This document shows positions 45,766 through 55,524 of a DNA stretch of 64,000 nucleotides, one piece after another. A program made the position numbers and the translations under genes. This stretch comes from Candidatus Velesiimonas alkalicola (GTDB lineage Bacteria; Omnitrophota; Gorgyraeia; Velesiimonadales; Velesiimonadaceae). Position 1 is the stretch's first letter; each line of letters opens with the position of its first letter. Location: positions 639 through 64,638 of the forward strand of contig NDHX01000002.1 of the NCBI GenBank assembly GCA_013626165.1, written 5' to 3'. The notes beneath the pieces are model-generated. The model had not been told where the DNA came from. It worked only from the letters and a program-made list of their open reading frames with translations, and did no database searches.

Positions 45766-47928
45766 TTACATTGTTGTTCTAAATGGGCCTATTGGAATAT
45801 CAGGAAATGCCTTCAACCTGAATACAACAAGTATTTCACTGCCTTCACGTTTATCTTTACTATACACTATGTCCATTAACCAGCAACAATGTATATTCCC
45901 TGTAAGTCTGTATTCCTGTTCTTCAAACCTGTTTTTAATATCTAATCTCCCTTCTATATTTTTAAATAAAAATCTTTGATATACTCCTGCTGACCATTTA
46001 TCAGTAATCTGAAAGGATGCCCTTAGTGTTCCCTGTGTGCTTGTATCTTTTGTATATCTTGTTCCAAGTCCTACTGACCATTTTTTACCAATTACCGCTG
46101 TTTCGGTATTTACAGTATCAAAATCTCTGGTAAAAAAATTGTATTCTGCATCACTATAAAGACTAAGCCAATTGTACGGGAGAATCTGCAATTGAAGCCT
46201 TAAATTTGAATAATCTTTTTGATGTGGTTTTGGAAAGGGATACTGATCTATCTCCGCATTAAAATATACCAGTTCTACTTTTTCTGTATTTTTTATATCC
46301 GTTCGTCTTTTTATCTGAAGGATATTTTCAAGTGAGTATGTGTACTTGTATGTTTTGTCAATTGAGTCTATCTCATCAAACTGTGGAATTTTAAAAGGTG
46401 GAACCTGCGGGTCTATATATGAAAATCTAACCTGTGGTGTAATTATGTGTCTGAACGATTCTGCATTCAGGCCAAGAAAGTTTGTTTGTCTATCTATAAT
46501 TTTATAAAAGCGTGTATTCAGATTCCAGCCACTGTAAAATGCTGTTCTTGCCACAGGGTTGTCTGTCCGCTGATACAATGTTTGTCTTACACCGATATAA
46601 GGAGAGGCCTGTAAAAAGTCTAAATAACCAGGCAATGCTGTTACATACGACATTTTATTGTATGTATCAGCCCTTAATGCGCTATAATCCCTGTCACTGG
46701 GGGCTGGAAATTTTTTATTAAGGTTAGAAACAGAGTTTTCTGACCTAAAGTAAAATGAGCCATCTAAAAAATCTGTGAGTTTATAGTTTCTCAAATCCCA
46801 TTTCAGTTCAGGAAGCCTTTCTACCTCTTCCATCCATCTGTTCACTCTTTTTTGTGCAAAAAGTGAAAATATGGACTCATCCTGATTATTTATCACAGAT
46901 AGATATGAAATAGGATGCGGGTCTATTCTATAATCCCTCCAGAAATAGTCTCTCAGAAATGTTTCATCGCTTAATTTGTGGTATTCTGCCATTACATGGG
47001 TCCTGTCGTTTGGCCTCCAATTATGTCTTGCTTCTGCTTTCCATCTTGTGTCTCTTTTTTCATGCCATTGGCCTGTTGCCGGATCAAATATTTTTTCAAT
47101 GTTTCCTTTTTTATCCTTGCTTACTTCGTTCATATAATATACATTTACAATACCCTTGCCAAAATTTTCTGTTTTGTAAATGTAATCTATTCCTTGTGCC
47201 CATCCCTTCCTTTCCCTGTAATCTATACGAATATTACCTTTTGCATTTTCGCTTAAAAAATATCTCCATGATGTCAAAACATAATATCCCCATCTATCTG
47301 AACGACCGGGCACAACGGTAACATTAACCCTGTTATCTTTTAACGAATGGCTATAATACGGCAGATACATAACAGGGATATTCCCGATATAGAATATAGC
47401 ATGTCTTACCACAACCTTATCATCAAGATATATCTTTACCTGTCTGCCGTGTATTCTATGACACATTATATCCAGTGGACAGGTTGTGATATGTCCATCC
47501 TCCGCAAGGTATGACTTTTTTGCATATCTTTTACCCCGTTTCAGATGGGCATACCAGGGATATACTTCCATATCTGCGTCAAATGTTTTTACATATCCTG
47601 TATCAAAATGATATTCCATTTCAGGGGCTCTAAGAATTTGTGTATCCTGCTTGAGAAGGACATTTCCTTTTGCCCATGCAATTCTTTTAACTATATCAAT
47701 TTCAACCCTGTCGCAGGTAAGTACCACATCCTGATATTTTATTTTTATATTCCCCTTTCCTACCACTTTTTGTTCAGTTGTCATATATTCAATAGAATCC
47801 CCCTCTACAACAATGGGTATTTTTTGACGCTCCTTAACAGGTTTTCCCTGTTCCAGACCTGAAATGGGATAGATGTTTGAACAGGAGAATATTAAAAAGA
47901 ATATACATACATAAGATAGTTTTCTCAA
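45766..47928 (-). CDS. lptD: LPS-assembly protein LptD (OstA-like N-domain + C-terminal beta-barrel)
   Basis: Signal peptide, OstA-like N-terminal region, long beta-barrel-type C-terminus with aromatic-rich strands and a terminal F. Confidence 0.8.
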   Translation of the reverse strand: MRKLSYVCIFFLIFSCSNIYPISGLEQGKPVKERQKIPIVVEGDSIEYMTTEQKVVGKGNIKIKYQDVVLTCDRVEIDIVKRIAWAKGNVLLKQDTQILRAPEMEYHFDTGYVKTFDADMEVYPWYAHLKRGKRYAKKSYLAEDGHITTCPLDIMCHRIHGRQVKIYLDDKVVVRHAIFYIGNIPVMYLPYYSHSLKDNRVNVTVVPGRSDRWGYYVLTSWRYFLSENAKGNIRIDYRERKGWAQGIDYIYKTENFGKGIVNVYYMNEVSKDKKGNIEKIFDPATGQWHEKRDTRWKAEARHNWRPNDRTHVMAEYHKLSDETFLRDYFWRDYRIDPHPISYLSVINNQDESIFSLFAQKRVNRWMEEVERLPELKWDLRNYKLTDFLDGSFYFRSENSVSNLNKKFPAPSDRDYSALRADTYNKMSYVTALPGYLDFLQASPYIGVRQTLYQRTDNPVARTAFYSGWNLNTRFYKIIDRQTNFLGLNAESFRHIITPQVRFSYIDPQVPPFKIPQFDEIDSIDKTYKYTYSLENILQIKRRTDIKNTEKVELVYFNAEIDQYPFPKPHQKDYSNLRLQLQILPYNWLSLYSDAEYNFFTRDFDTVNTETAVIGKKWSVGLGTRYTKDTSTQGTLRASFQITDKWSAGVYQRFLFKNIEGRLDIKNRFEEQEYRLTGNIHCCWLMDIVYSKDKREGSEILVVFRLKAFPDIPIGPFRTTM

Positions 47929-48881
47929 TGCAAATCCTTTAAAATCTCCTGAATCATTTTTTTCAAATCATACTTTGGTTTATAGTCTATCGTCCTTTGT
48001 ATCTTTGTTATGTCCGGCACCCTGCATCTCATATCTTCAAAATCTTTTTCATATGCCTTTTCATATGGGATATAAATAATCTCTGAATTACTTTTTGTTA
48101 TTTCTTTTACAATTTCGGCAAGTTCTTTAATACGAACAGGTTCACTGCTTCCTATATTAAATATCTCAGACTCTGCTTTTTCTGTGTTCATAAGACCTAC
48201 GGTTGCCTCTATCGCATCACAAACATATGTAAATGTTCTTATCTGTTCTCCATCCCCGTACACTGTAATAGGTTTTTCAGAGAGTGCCTGTTCTATAAAT
48301 CTTGGGATCACCATACCATACCTGCCCGTCTGTCTTGGTCCGCATATATTAAAGAACCTTCCGATAACAGCCTTTAATCCCCTTTCCCTTCGGTATGCTG
48401 CAACCAAAAACTCATCCATTGTCTTTGAACAGGCATAACTCCATCTGAATATCCTTGTTGAGCCGAGTATCCTATCGTCATCTTCCGAGAGTGGCACCTT
48501 TTCATTTTTTCCATATATCTCACTTGAAGATGCTATAAACACCTTTTTATTAAAAGTGCTTACAATATCTAAAATATTTTCTGTGCCTTGCACATTTATC
48601 TGGAGTGATTTTAAGGGATGGTCAAGTACATAACAAACCCCGACAGATGCCGCAAAATGATATATAACATCTACACTCTGGATAAGGTCACTTAATAGGT
48701 TATGGTTAAATATTGTATCATGAAAAAAATGACATCTATCCCCGATTAGATGTTCAATATTTAATTTTGAACCTGTTGATAGGTCATCTAATATAAAAAC
48801 CTCATCTAAATCTTTAACAAGCCTTTCTGCAAGATGGGAACCTATAAAACCAGCACCACCGGTTATTAATACTTTTGGCAT
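47925..48881 (-). CDS. NAD-dependent epimerase/dehydratase, UDP-glucuronate decarboxylase (UXS)-like
   Basis: ITGGAGFIGSHL Rossmann motif and YACSK catalytic motif. Start overlaps the lptD stop. Confidence 0.75.
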   Translation of the reverse strand: MPKVLITGGAGFIGSHLAERLVKDLDEVFILDDLSTGSKLNIEHLIGDRCHFFHDTIFNHNLLSDLIQSVDVIYHFAASVGVCYVLDHPLKSLQINVQGTENILDIVSTFNKKVFIASSSEIYGKNEKVPLSEDDDRILGSTRIFRWSYACSKTMDEFLVAAYRRERGLKAVIGRFFNICGPRQTGRYGMVIPRFIEQALSEKPITVYGDGEQIRTFTYVCDAIEATVGLMNTEKAESEIFNIGSSEPVRIKELAEIVKEITKSNSEIIYIPYEKAYEKDFEDMRCRVPDITKIQRTIDYKPKYDLKKMIQEILKDLH

Positions 48882-49040
48882 ATTATTTTATTACTGACCT
48901 AACAATCTTTTTGTGAACTTTTTCTTTTGGGCCAAACAGAATCTTCTAAAATCTACTTTTGACATTATAATAGCAGTTATATGACATTTCCACTCATAGT
49001 TGACATTCTCTATTTGTTATGCTAATATTTTCTCTCAACA

Positions 49041-49116
49041 GGCCCCATCGTCTAGTGGCCAAGGACGGATGGTTCTCAGCCATCAAACAGGGGTTCAATT
49101 CCCCTTGGGGCTACCA
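49041..49116 (+). tRNA. tRNA-Glu (CUC)
   Basis: 76 nt with CCA encoded. Anticodon stem GATGG/CCATC with loop UUCUCAG. Overall similarity to bacterial tRNA-Glu. Confidence 0.85.
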
Positions 49117-49123
49117 TATAAAC

Positions 49124-49233
49124 ATAGTAGATAGGAATTAGTAGGTAGGAAGTAGGGTGAAAACAAATTCAAAAATCAAAAGCCCGCTCCTACCCTCTTG
49201 TTTCCCTATCTACTACCTACCGCCTACTATCTC
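49124..49233. repeat. palindromic TAGTAGGTAGG-arm element, copy D (divergent, inverted orientation)
   Basis: catagtagataggaattagtaggtagg is the reverse complement of the CCTACCTACTAATTCCT(G/A)TCTACTATG tail of copies A-C. The right arm is cctatctactacctaccgcctactat. Confidence 0.7.
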
Positions 49234-50715
49234 CTATCTGCGTCTCCACATTGTCCCATCTTTTGTATCTTCAAGGATTATTCCACTTTCATAAAGTTTT
49301 TCTCTTATTTCGTCTGCTTGATTGTATTTTTTTTCAGTCCTTGCATGGTTTCTTTCTTGTATAAGTTGTAAGATTGTTTGTTCATCTAATGATTGTTTTT
49401 CTTTTTCAGGGGTTACAAAAAGCCCAAGCATTTTTCCCATCTGTGTTATAAAAAATCTTAAACACCGTAACATATTTATTTTTCTATCCACAGGGATTAA
49501 CATATCATCAAGCAGTCTGTTAGAACGGCTTATAAATTCAAATATAACAGACAACGCCCTTGCAGTATTAAAATTATCATCCATTGCTTTTTCAAATTTT
49601 ATTTTACATTCTTCTACACTGAGGGTAAAAACATCTGCCTGCTTGATAAGTAAATCCATTTCATCTGGCAGGAGCGCGCTTTTTTTTGTTCTATCTTTGG
49701 GAAGTTTTTCAACTCTGTCAAAAAATACCTTTATTCTTTCAAGTGCAGAGGCCGCCCCTTGCATTTTATTCTCTGAATAATCAAGTGGGCTTGAATAATG
49801 TGCCTGAAGAAAAAATATCTTTATTGTATCAGCAGAATATTTCTTTAATACATCACTGATTAAAACTATATTGCCTAGTGACTTTGACATTTTTTCACCG
49901 TTTATTGTTACCATTCCATTGTGAAGCCAGTATGTGGCAAATGGTTTGCCTGTTGCAGATTCACTCTGAGCAATTTCATTTTCATGATGAGGAAACACAA
50001 GATCAAGCCCGCCTGTATGTATATCAAAATGCTCTCCTAAGTAGTACATTGCCATTGCAGAACATTCAATATGCCATCCGGGTCTTCCCTTCCCCCACGG
50101 ACTTTCCCAGTATGGCTCATCAGGCTTTGATGCTTTCCATAATGCAAAATCAAGGGGATTCTCCTTTTTTTCAGATAGTTCAATACGAGCGTCTCCTTGC
50201 ATTTTTTCTATACTTTGGTTTGAAAGTTTTCCATAATTACTAAATTTTTTAACCCTGAAATATACATCACCTTCTTTTACATATGCGAAAGAATTCTGTA
50301 TAAGTTTTTTTATTAACTCCTGCATCTGACCTATATGGTCTGTTGCTTTTGGCTCAATATCAGGAGGTTCAACCCCTATGTCATTCATATCCTGATGAAA
50401 ACTTTGTATATATCTTTCTGTAATTTTTTTTGTAGCAGAAACGATATTCAGAGATGGGTTCAATCCTAACTCTTCCTGGGCTCTTTTTATAATCTTATCA
50501 TCAACATCTGTTATATTCCTTACAGATATTGTCTGAAAACCTTTGTACTTTAGATATCTTCTTATAACATCAAGTGAAAACATTGCACGGGCATGTCCGA
50601 TATGTGCCCCGTCATATACAGTCACACCGCAGGCATATATTTTCACCTTATTTTTTTCAATGGTTTTAAATTCTTCTTTTTGTCTTGTAAGTGTATTATA
50701 TAGAAACAGCGCCAT
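49234..50715 (-). CDS. cysS: cysteine--tRNA ligase
   Basis: Class I aaRS HIGH (AHIGHARA) and KMSKS motifs plus the Zn-binding Cys residues. Confidence 0.95.
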   Translation of the reverse strand: MALFLYNTLTRQKEEFKTIEKNKVKIYACGVTVYDGAHIGHARAMFSLDVIRRYLKYKGFQTISVRNITDVDDKIIKRAQEELGLNPSLNIVSATKKITERYIQSFHQDMNDIGVEPPDIEPKATDHIGQMQELIKKLIQNSFAYVKEGDVYFRVKKFSNYGKLSNQSIEKMQGDARIELSEKKENPLDFALWKASKPDEPYWESPWGKGRPGWHIECSAMAMYYLGEHFDIHTGGLDLVFPHHENEIAQSESATGKPFATYWLHNGMVTINGEKMSKSLGNIVLISDVLKKYSADTIKIFFLQAHYSSPLDYSENKMQGAASALERIKVFFDRVEKLPKDRTKKSALLPDEMDLLIKQADVFTLSVEECKIKFEKAMDDNFNTARALSVIFEFISRSNRLLDDMLIPVDRKINMLRCLRFFITQMGKMLGLFVTPEKEKQSLDEQTILQLIQERNHARTEKKYNQADEIREKLYESGIILEDTKDGTMWRRR

Positions 50716-50873
50716 ATTTTACCCCAAATGGAAACTACCTGAATATAAGGCAGTTTTCATTATTCTATCTTAAATACAGAATATTTCCATCATTTTTTTA
50801 AGAATAAACCTGTTGCACAATACAACAGGCTGGCCATATTGACTATTTGTAAATAAGTGATATAATAATTGGT

Positions 50874-51389
50874 ATGGAAAAAGACTTAATAGAAAAAATT
50901 GAACAGGTATGGAAAGATACAACAATTGTAAAACCTTCAAAAAGACGGCTCTACACTTTTAGTGAAACCCGTCTTCCGTATATACTTCTTGCAAAATCAT
51001 TGGTCAGAGATACCGATACGGTTGTAAGAAAAGGAGAAGTAATTGTAGGAAGACCTATCCTCTATAGAGCAGGCGCAAACCATCCGTTGTTAGAAGGCTT
51101 TGGAGATATGAACAAGACACTTAATCATTTTATTCTTTCAAGACTTGCATATATTCCACCTTATAAATACAACAACACTATGCACTGTGTCAAGGTAATA
51201 TCTGAACTTCAAAAAGATCTGATAGAAAAACTTTCAGTTCAGATTGATAGTGAAGAGGATATGCTTACTGCCATAATAAAGGGAAGTCCTTATATGTGGG
51301 AAGTTTCTGTAATGAGATATGTTATAGAAATGATAGCCAATTCACTTCCCTCCAATATTACCGATCTGAAAGAACATGGATTTCTTTAA
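50874..51389 (+). CDS. hypothetical protein
   Basis: 171 aa with no recognisable motif. Overlaps the start of the following M48 peptidase gene. Confidence 0.4.
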   Translation: MEKDLIEKIEQVWKDTTIVKPSKRRLYTFSETRLPYILLAKSLVRDTDTVVRKGEVIVGRPILYRAGANHPLLEGFGDMNKTLNHFILSRLAYIPPYKYNNTMHCVKVISELQKDLIEKLSVQIDSEEDMLTAIIKGSPYMWEVSVMRYVIEMIANSLPSNITDLKEHGFL

Positions 51390-52155
51390 AACTAAAATAT
51401 TATATATTTTTCTGCCTGTGCTTATCTGTGGGTGTGTTACAACCGAATATAACCCAGCCTCAAAAACAGAGGATATTATCTTTATAAGCACAGAAAAAGA
51501 GGTAAGAATGGGACGAAGAATTGCAGATTCGGTTGAAAGAGAATTTAAACTTTTAGAAGATAAAAAAACACAGGAAAAAATTCAGTCCATAGGTGAAAAG
51601 ATTGTGGCTGTAAGTGATAGGCAAGAGATAGTGTATTATTTTAAGGTACTGGATGATGAAAAGCAGGTAAATGCATTTGCATTGCCGGGTGGTTATGTTT
51701 ATATCTTTACAGGGCTTCTAAAAAGATTAAAAACAGATGATGAGATTGCCGCTGTTCTTGCACACGAAGTAGGACATATAGCCGCAAGACACAGTGTAAA
51801 AAAACTACAAGGGGCAATGGGACTTACATTATTCCAAATTCTTGCAGGTACAGCAGGAGAAAATATCAGTGTACGGGGAAATATAAACTATGCACTCGCA
51901 CAGATAATGGCTGGTTACAGTTGGGAAGATGAGATCCTTGCCGATAAATTAAGTGTGAAATATACGAAATTAGCAGGTTATAATCCTGAAGCCGTTCTTA
52001 CAGTTTTAGAGATGATGAAAGAAAAAATGTGGAAAGATCCTATAAGACCCCACAGGTCCATAAGAACACATCCCCGTTTTGATGAAAGAATAGCGGCGGT
52101 TAAACAGGAAATCTATGGGCAGGTAAGCTTCGAATCTCAGATAAATATAAGATAA
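51376..52155 (+). CDS. M48-family metallopeptidase lipoprotein (BepA/YfgC-like)
   Basis: Lipobox LICGC and HEVGHIAARH (HExxH). Confidence 0.8.
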   Translation: MDFFKTKILYIFLPVLICGCVTTEYNPASKTEDIIFISTEKEVRMGRRIADSVEREFKLLEDKKTQEKIQSIGEKIVAVSDRQEIVYYFKVLDDEKQVNAFALPGGYVYIFTGLLKRLKTDDEIAAVLAHEVGHIAARHSVKKLQGAMGLTLFQILAGTAGENISVRGNINYALAQIMAGYSWEDEILADKLSVKYTKLAGYNPEAVLTVLEMMKEKMWKDPIRPHRSIRTHPRFDERIAAVKQEIYGQVSFESQINIR

Positions 52156-52279
52156 CAAGTGTCCCTTCCCGCCTGTGAGATAAGAAAGGTTCTATGTATT
52201 TGTGGTTGCGTCAAACTCAAAGAGAATGTTTATCTTGAAATAGAAAAAAGCAAAATCCAAAACTGGATGAATATGTAAA

Positions 52280-52957
52280 TCAATTAATAAATCGGTATTT
52301 TAATAGTGTCCAGATAGCTTCAATGCCATCTTTCCATTTTATCTTCTTCCCTTCCTTGACACTTCTGGGATAATAAGAAATTGGCACTTCTGTAATTTTA
52401 TATCCTTTTTTTCTGACTTTTGCAGTAATCTCCGGACAAAATTCAAAACCCTTACATTTTAAATTTATCTCCTTTATAACTTTCGTTTTGAACATTTTAT
52501 AACAGGTTGACTCATCAGTAATGCCGGCATTATAGAAAAAATTGGCAAGAAAGGAAAGAATCCTGCCCCCTAAATAGAAAAAGAAAGATGATTTTTTCCC
52601 CTTACCAAGAATTCTTGAACCATAAACGACACTTAAATTATTTTTTTCCATTATTTTTAGCATCTCAATCCAGTCATTCGGTTCATATTCTAAATCTGCA
52701 TCTTGGATAACCACGACTTCACCAGTAATATGTTTCAATCCTTCTCTTACGGCGGCGCCTTTTCCTTCATTGTTTTCTTTCAAAATTATCTTAATGCCCT
52801 CTTCTTTTATTTTATTTAAAATCTCTCTTGTGCCATCCGTACTGCCATCATCTACAATAATTATCTCTTTATCAATGGGAACATTTTTAACTTTTTCTAA
52901 TATCTTCAAAACAGTTTTTTTTTCATTATAAGTCGGCATTATAATTGAAATCTTCAT
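52280..52957 (-). CDS. family 2 glycosyltransferase (dolichol/polyprenol-phosphate sugar synthase-like)
   Basis: ISIIMPTYNEKKT, DDGSTDGT and DADL motifs. AT-rich, host-like composition. Confidence 0.8.
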   Translation of the reverse strand: MKISIIMPTYNEKKTVLKILEKVKNVPIDKEIIIVDDGSTDGTREILNKIKEEGIKIILKENNEGKGAAVREGLKHITGEVVVIQDADLEYEPNDWIEMLKIMEKNNLSVVYGSRILGKGKKSSFFFYLGGRILSFLANFFYNAGITDESTCYKMFKTKVIKEINLKCKGFEFCPEITAKVRKKGYKITEVPISYYPRSVKEGKKIKWKDGIEAIWTLLKYRFIN

Positions 52958-53206
52958 CTTATAAAAATCCTTCTCTTCCGAATGTTTATTTTGTGAAAAA
53001 CACCCTTGATTATACAAACCGTAGAGAGCTTAACCCGAGCCTATCTTTCTTGCCTGTGGTGTTTAAAACACCTATCATTTATCTGAAGATCCACTTACAA
53101 TATAGGTAGACTAAACTTATGCAACGGTGCACTATCCAATTTCCTTCAGAATCCCTCCCTATACCCCCCGCCCGAGGGGAGGGAGTGGGTGGGGGTTCAT
53201 TTTCCT

Positions 53207-54100
53207 TTAACCTTCCAGACTCTTTTTTCGGGCAATGACCTCAAAAGCAACGGCGCTCTTCCTTGTGAAAGGCCGCAACGAAAAGGTTTCAATTTCAAAG
53301 TTGTTACGGCGAAGCACCCGTTTCAGGGAAGACGGCGTGAAGAAGACTTCTGAAAGGCGACGACTGCCCAGCCGGACTGTCAATTGCAGACCGGTTGCCG
53401 CAAAGAGGCAACCGTTAAGAAAGACAAAGAGAAAGTAACAGAGCCATATTGGCCTCTGCAAAACAATTCTCATGCGGGAGAAATAATAGCGGCCGGTCAT
53501 TACCATAAGATAAACTCGCCCGCCCGGGAGCAGGGAATAATTAAATCTGGCAAGGGTTTTGGCCACCCTTAATTTCTGAAGCACGCCTCTACAGATAAGA
53601 TGAGTGAAAAAACCTTTCGGAAGGAAATATTTTTCCATTCTTGCCTCTAAAAAGTTGTAACGCTCCGCAGGGATTCCTTCTTGCGAGAACAAAAATTTGG
53701 CAAAGTTAATCGCATTGTGGTCACGGTCAACACCGAAGACCTTTTTCGGCACATACTTTTGTATGGCAAAAAGGGTCTGGCCTCCGCCGCAGCCGATATC
53801 AGCCACGATTGATTCAGAATCAATCTTTAACTGCTGTAAAATCTCATCAATCTTTCTTTCTTTAACCTGGCCGACGTATTCCAGGAGGTTGTAGGCAAGT
53901 GAAGAACCAAGCGGAGTAAGGGATAAACGGCCTCTCTTTTTTATGGCAAGACCCAAAGAAACAAGATTTTCAATTTCAGGAGCACCAGGGTAATTTCCAA
54001 GTCCCTGTTCGTAAAGATACAGGGCACCCAACGCTTCCCTTTTGCTCCGGCCTGTCCAGAGCTGACGGAAAACATCTTCCGTAGAAAGATTTTCCTGCAT
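53207..54100 (-). CDS. class I SAM-dependent methyltransferase
   Basis: Motif I VADIGCGGGQT. High GC. Confidence 0.7.
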   Translation of the reverse strand: MQENLSTEDVFRQLWTGRSKREALGALYLYEQGLGNYPGAPEIENLVSLGLAIKKRGRLSLTPLGSSLAYNLLEYVGQVKERKIDEILQQLKIDSESIVADIGCGGGQTLFAIQKYVPKKVFGVDRDHNAINFAKFLFSQEGIPAERYNFLEARMEKYFLPKGFFTHLICRGVLQKLRVAKTLARFNYSLLPGGRVYLMVMTGRYYFSRMRIVLQRPIWLCYFLFVFLNGCLFAATGLQLTVRLGSRRLSEVFFTPSSLKRVLRRNNFEIETFSLRPFTRKSAVAFEVIARKKSLEG

Positions 54101-54107
54101 TGTAGTT

Positions 54108-54854
54108 TTATTTCCTTGACGGTAAGCCGAACAAAAAAATTAACCGGTAACGGAGTACAAGTACAATCATCCTTACAGCCAGCCAAAAGGTCTTTCCTTT
54201 ATGGCCGGTTACCGAGGAATGGCCAACGCGCGGCAGGTAATTTACCGGTATTTCTATGTATTTAAGTCTGTTCAATGCAACCAAAATCATCATCTCCGGG
54301 CCAAGATGTTCTCCATAAACGGTGAACCGGGGTTCAATCTTTCTTAATGCATCTCTTTTAATAAGTCGCATTGTACATCCCACATCGGTAAAGGTAGTGG
54401 TGTTGAAAAAGAATTCCAGCATCTTTGCGACCGCCCAGTTTCCCCACTTCAAAAAAGGTCCCATATTGGCGCCTTTCCAAATTAGAACAGAAGTTGTCCG
54501 GGTGCCGAAGACCGTGTCAAAATCATCGGCATAAGCCAGAAACTTGAAGATATCTCGGGCAAGGAAAGTTCCATCCGGCTCGCAGAGTACGATGATGTCG
54601 CCAGCGGCCTCCTTAAACCCCCGCCTGATGGCAGCTCCGTAACCCTGTCTCTTCTCAAAGACTTCCCTGGCAACGGTCTTCGCCACCTCTTCGCTGGTGC
54701 CCGGGACAGCATTGTTATTTACAACGATAACCTCGTCCACCACGCCGGTCTGGAAAAACTCTTCAATTACCCGGCGGATGGAATCCTTTTCGTTATAGGT
54801 CGGCAAGATTACAGAGACAGTCTTTTTATGCCACATTTTTCTTCTTGCGGACAA
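54108..54854 (-). CDS. family 2 glycosyltransferase (polyprenol-phosphate sugar synthase, ArnC/DPM-synthase-like)
   Basis: VSVILPTYNE, NNNAVPGT and EPDG motifs. High GC. Confidence 0.8.
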   Translation of the reverse strand: MSARRKMWHKKTVSVILPTYNEKDSIRRVIEEFFQTGVVDEVIVVNNNAVPGTSEEVAKTVAREVFEKRQGYGAAIRRGFKEAAGDIIVLCEPDGTFLARDIFKFLAYADDFDTVFGTRTTSVLIWKGANMGPFLKWGNWAVAKMLEFFFNTTTFTDVGCTMRLIKRDALRKIEPRFTVYGEHLGPEMMILVALNRLKYIEIPVNYLPRVGHSSVTGHKGKTFWLAVRMIVLVLRYRLIFLFGLPSRK

Positions 54855-55524
54855 TTATCAACATCTGCCGACCCCAGGGTTTGAACGGCAACCGTAGATA
54901 AATTCTCACCAGAAATGCAAGCTTCGGTAACCGGGTGTGAAAAGAAAAAGGGAGAAATCTCGCAAACTTCTGTTCTAAAATAAATCCTTTGCTGGCCAGA
55001 TAGTCGGAAAGGCTGGTCTCGGTAAAAATTGTACGATGGGTGTAGTCATCAAAGTAACCGCGGTAAGCATATTTAAAATTTGGCTGTATGATAATCCAGC
55101 AACCACCCTCGGGGAGAATTCGTCTCACCTGAAAAGCAACCCGCTCTATTTCCGGCCAATTTAGATGTTCCAAAAAATTACTGGAAAAAACCAGCCCCAC
55201 AGAATTGTTCGCAAACTGTTCCAGCACTTCTTCGGTTTTACCCACCAGAGGCTTAACTCCTGCTGCCGTGTATTTACTTAAATTTTCATTTACATCCAGA
55301 GCGTATCGGTCCTGCGCTCCAACCTGATTGATAAAATCGCAATATCCGGCGCCCAAATCTAAAACTGCACCTTCTTTCGGAATGAACTTCTTCAGGTAAC
55401 GAACAATCTCTCTCCAGACAGCCCCTCGGTTTTTATCATTCAGGAACCGTATGCGGTAATAACCGTCAGACACCTCAACTCCTTTTTCGAAATAACCATA
55501 ATTGGTAAATTCCATAAATGGCAA
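54826..55524 (-). CDS. class I SAM-dependent methyltransferase
   Basis: Motif I VLDLGAGYC. High GC. Confidence 0.65.
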   Translation of the reverse strand: MPFMEFTNYGYFEKGVEVSDGYYRIRFLNDKNRGAVWREIVRYLKKFIPKEGAVLDLGAGYCDFINQVGAQDRYALDVNENLSKYTAAGVKPLVGKTEEVLEQFANNSVGLVFSSNFLEHLNWPEIERVAFQVRRILPEGGCWIIIQPNFKYAYRGYFDDYTHRTIFTETSLSDYLASKGFILEQKFARFLPFSFHTRLPKLAFLVRIYLRLPFKPWGRQMLIIVRKKKNVA

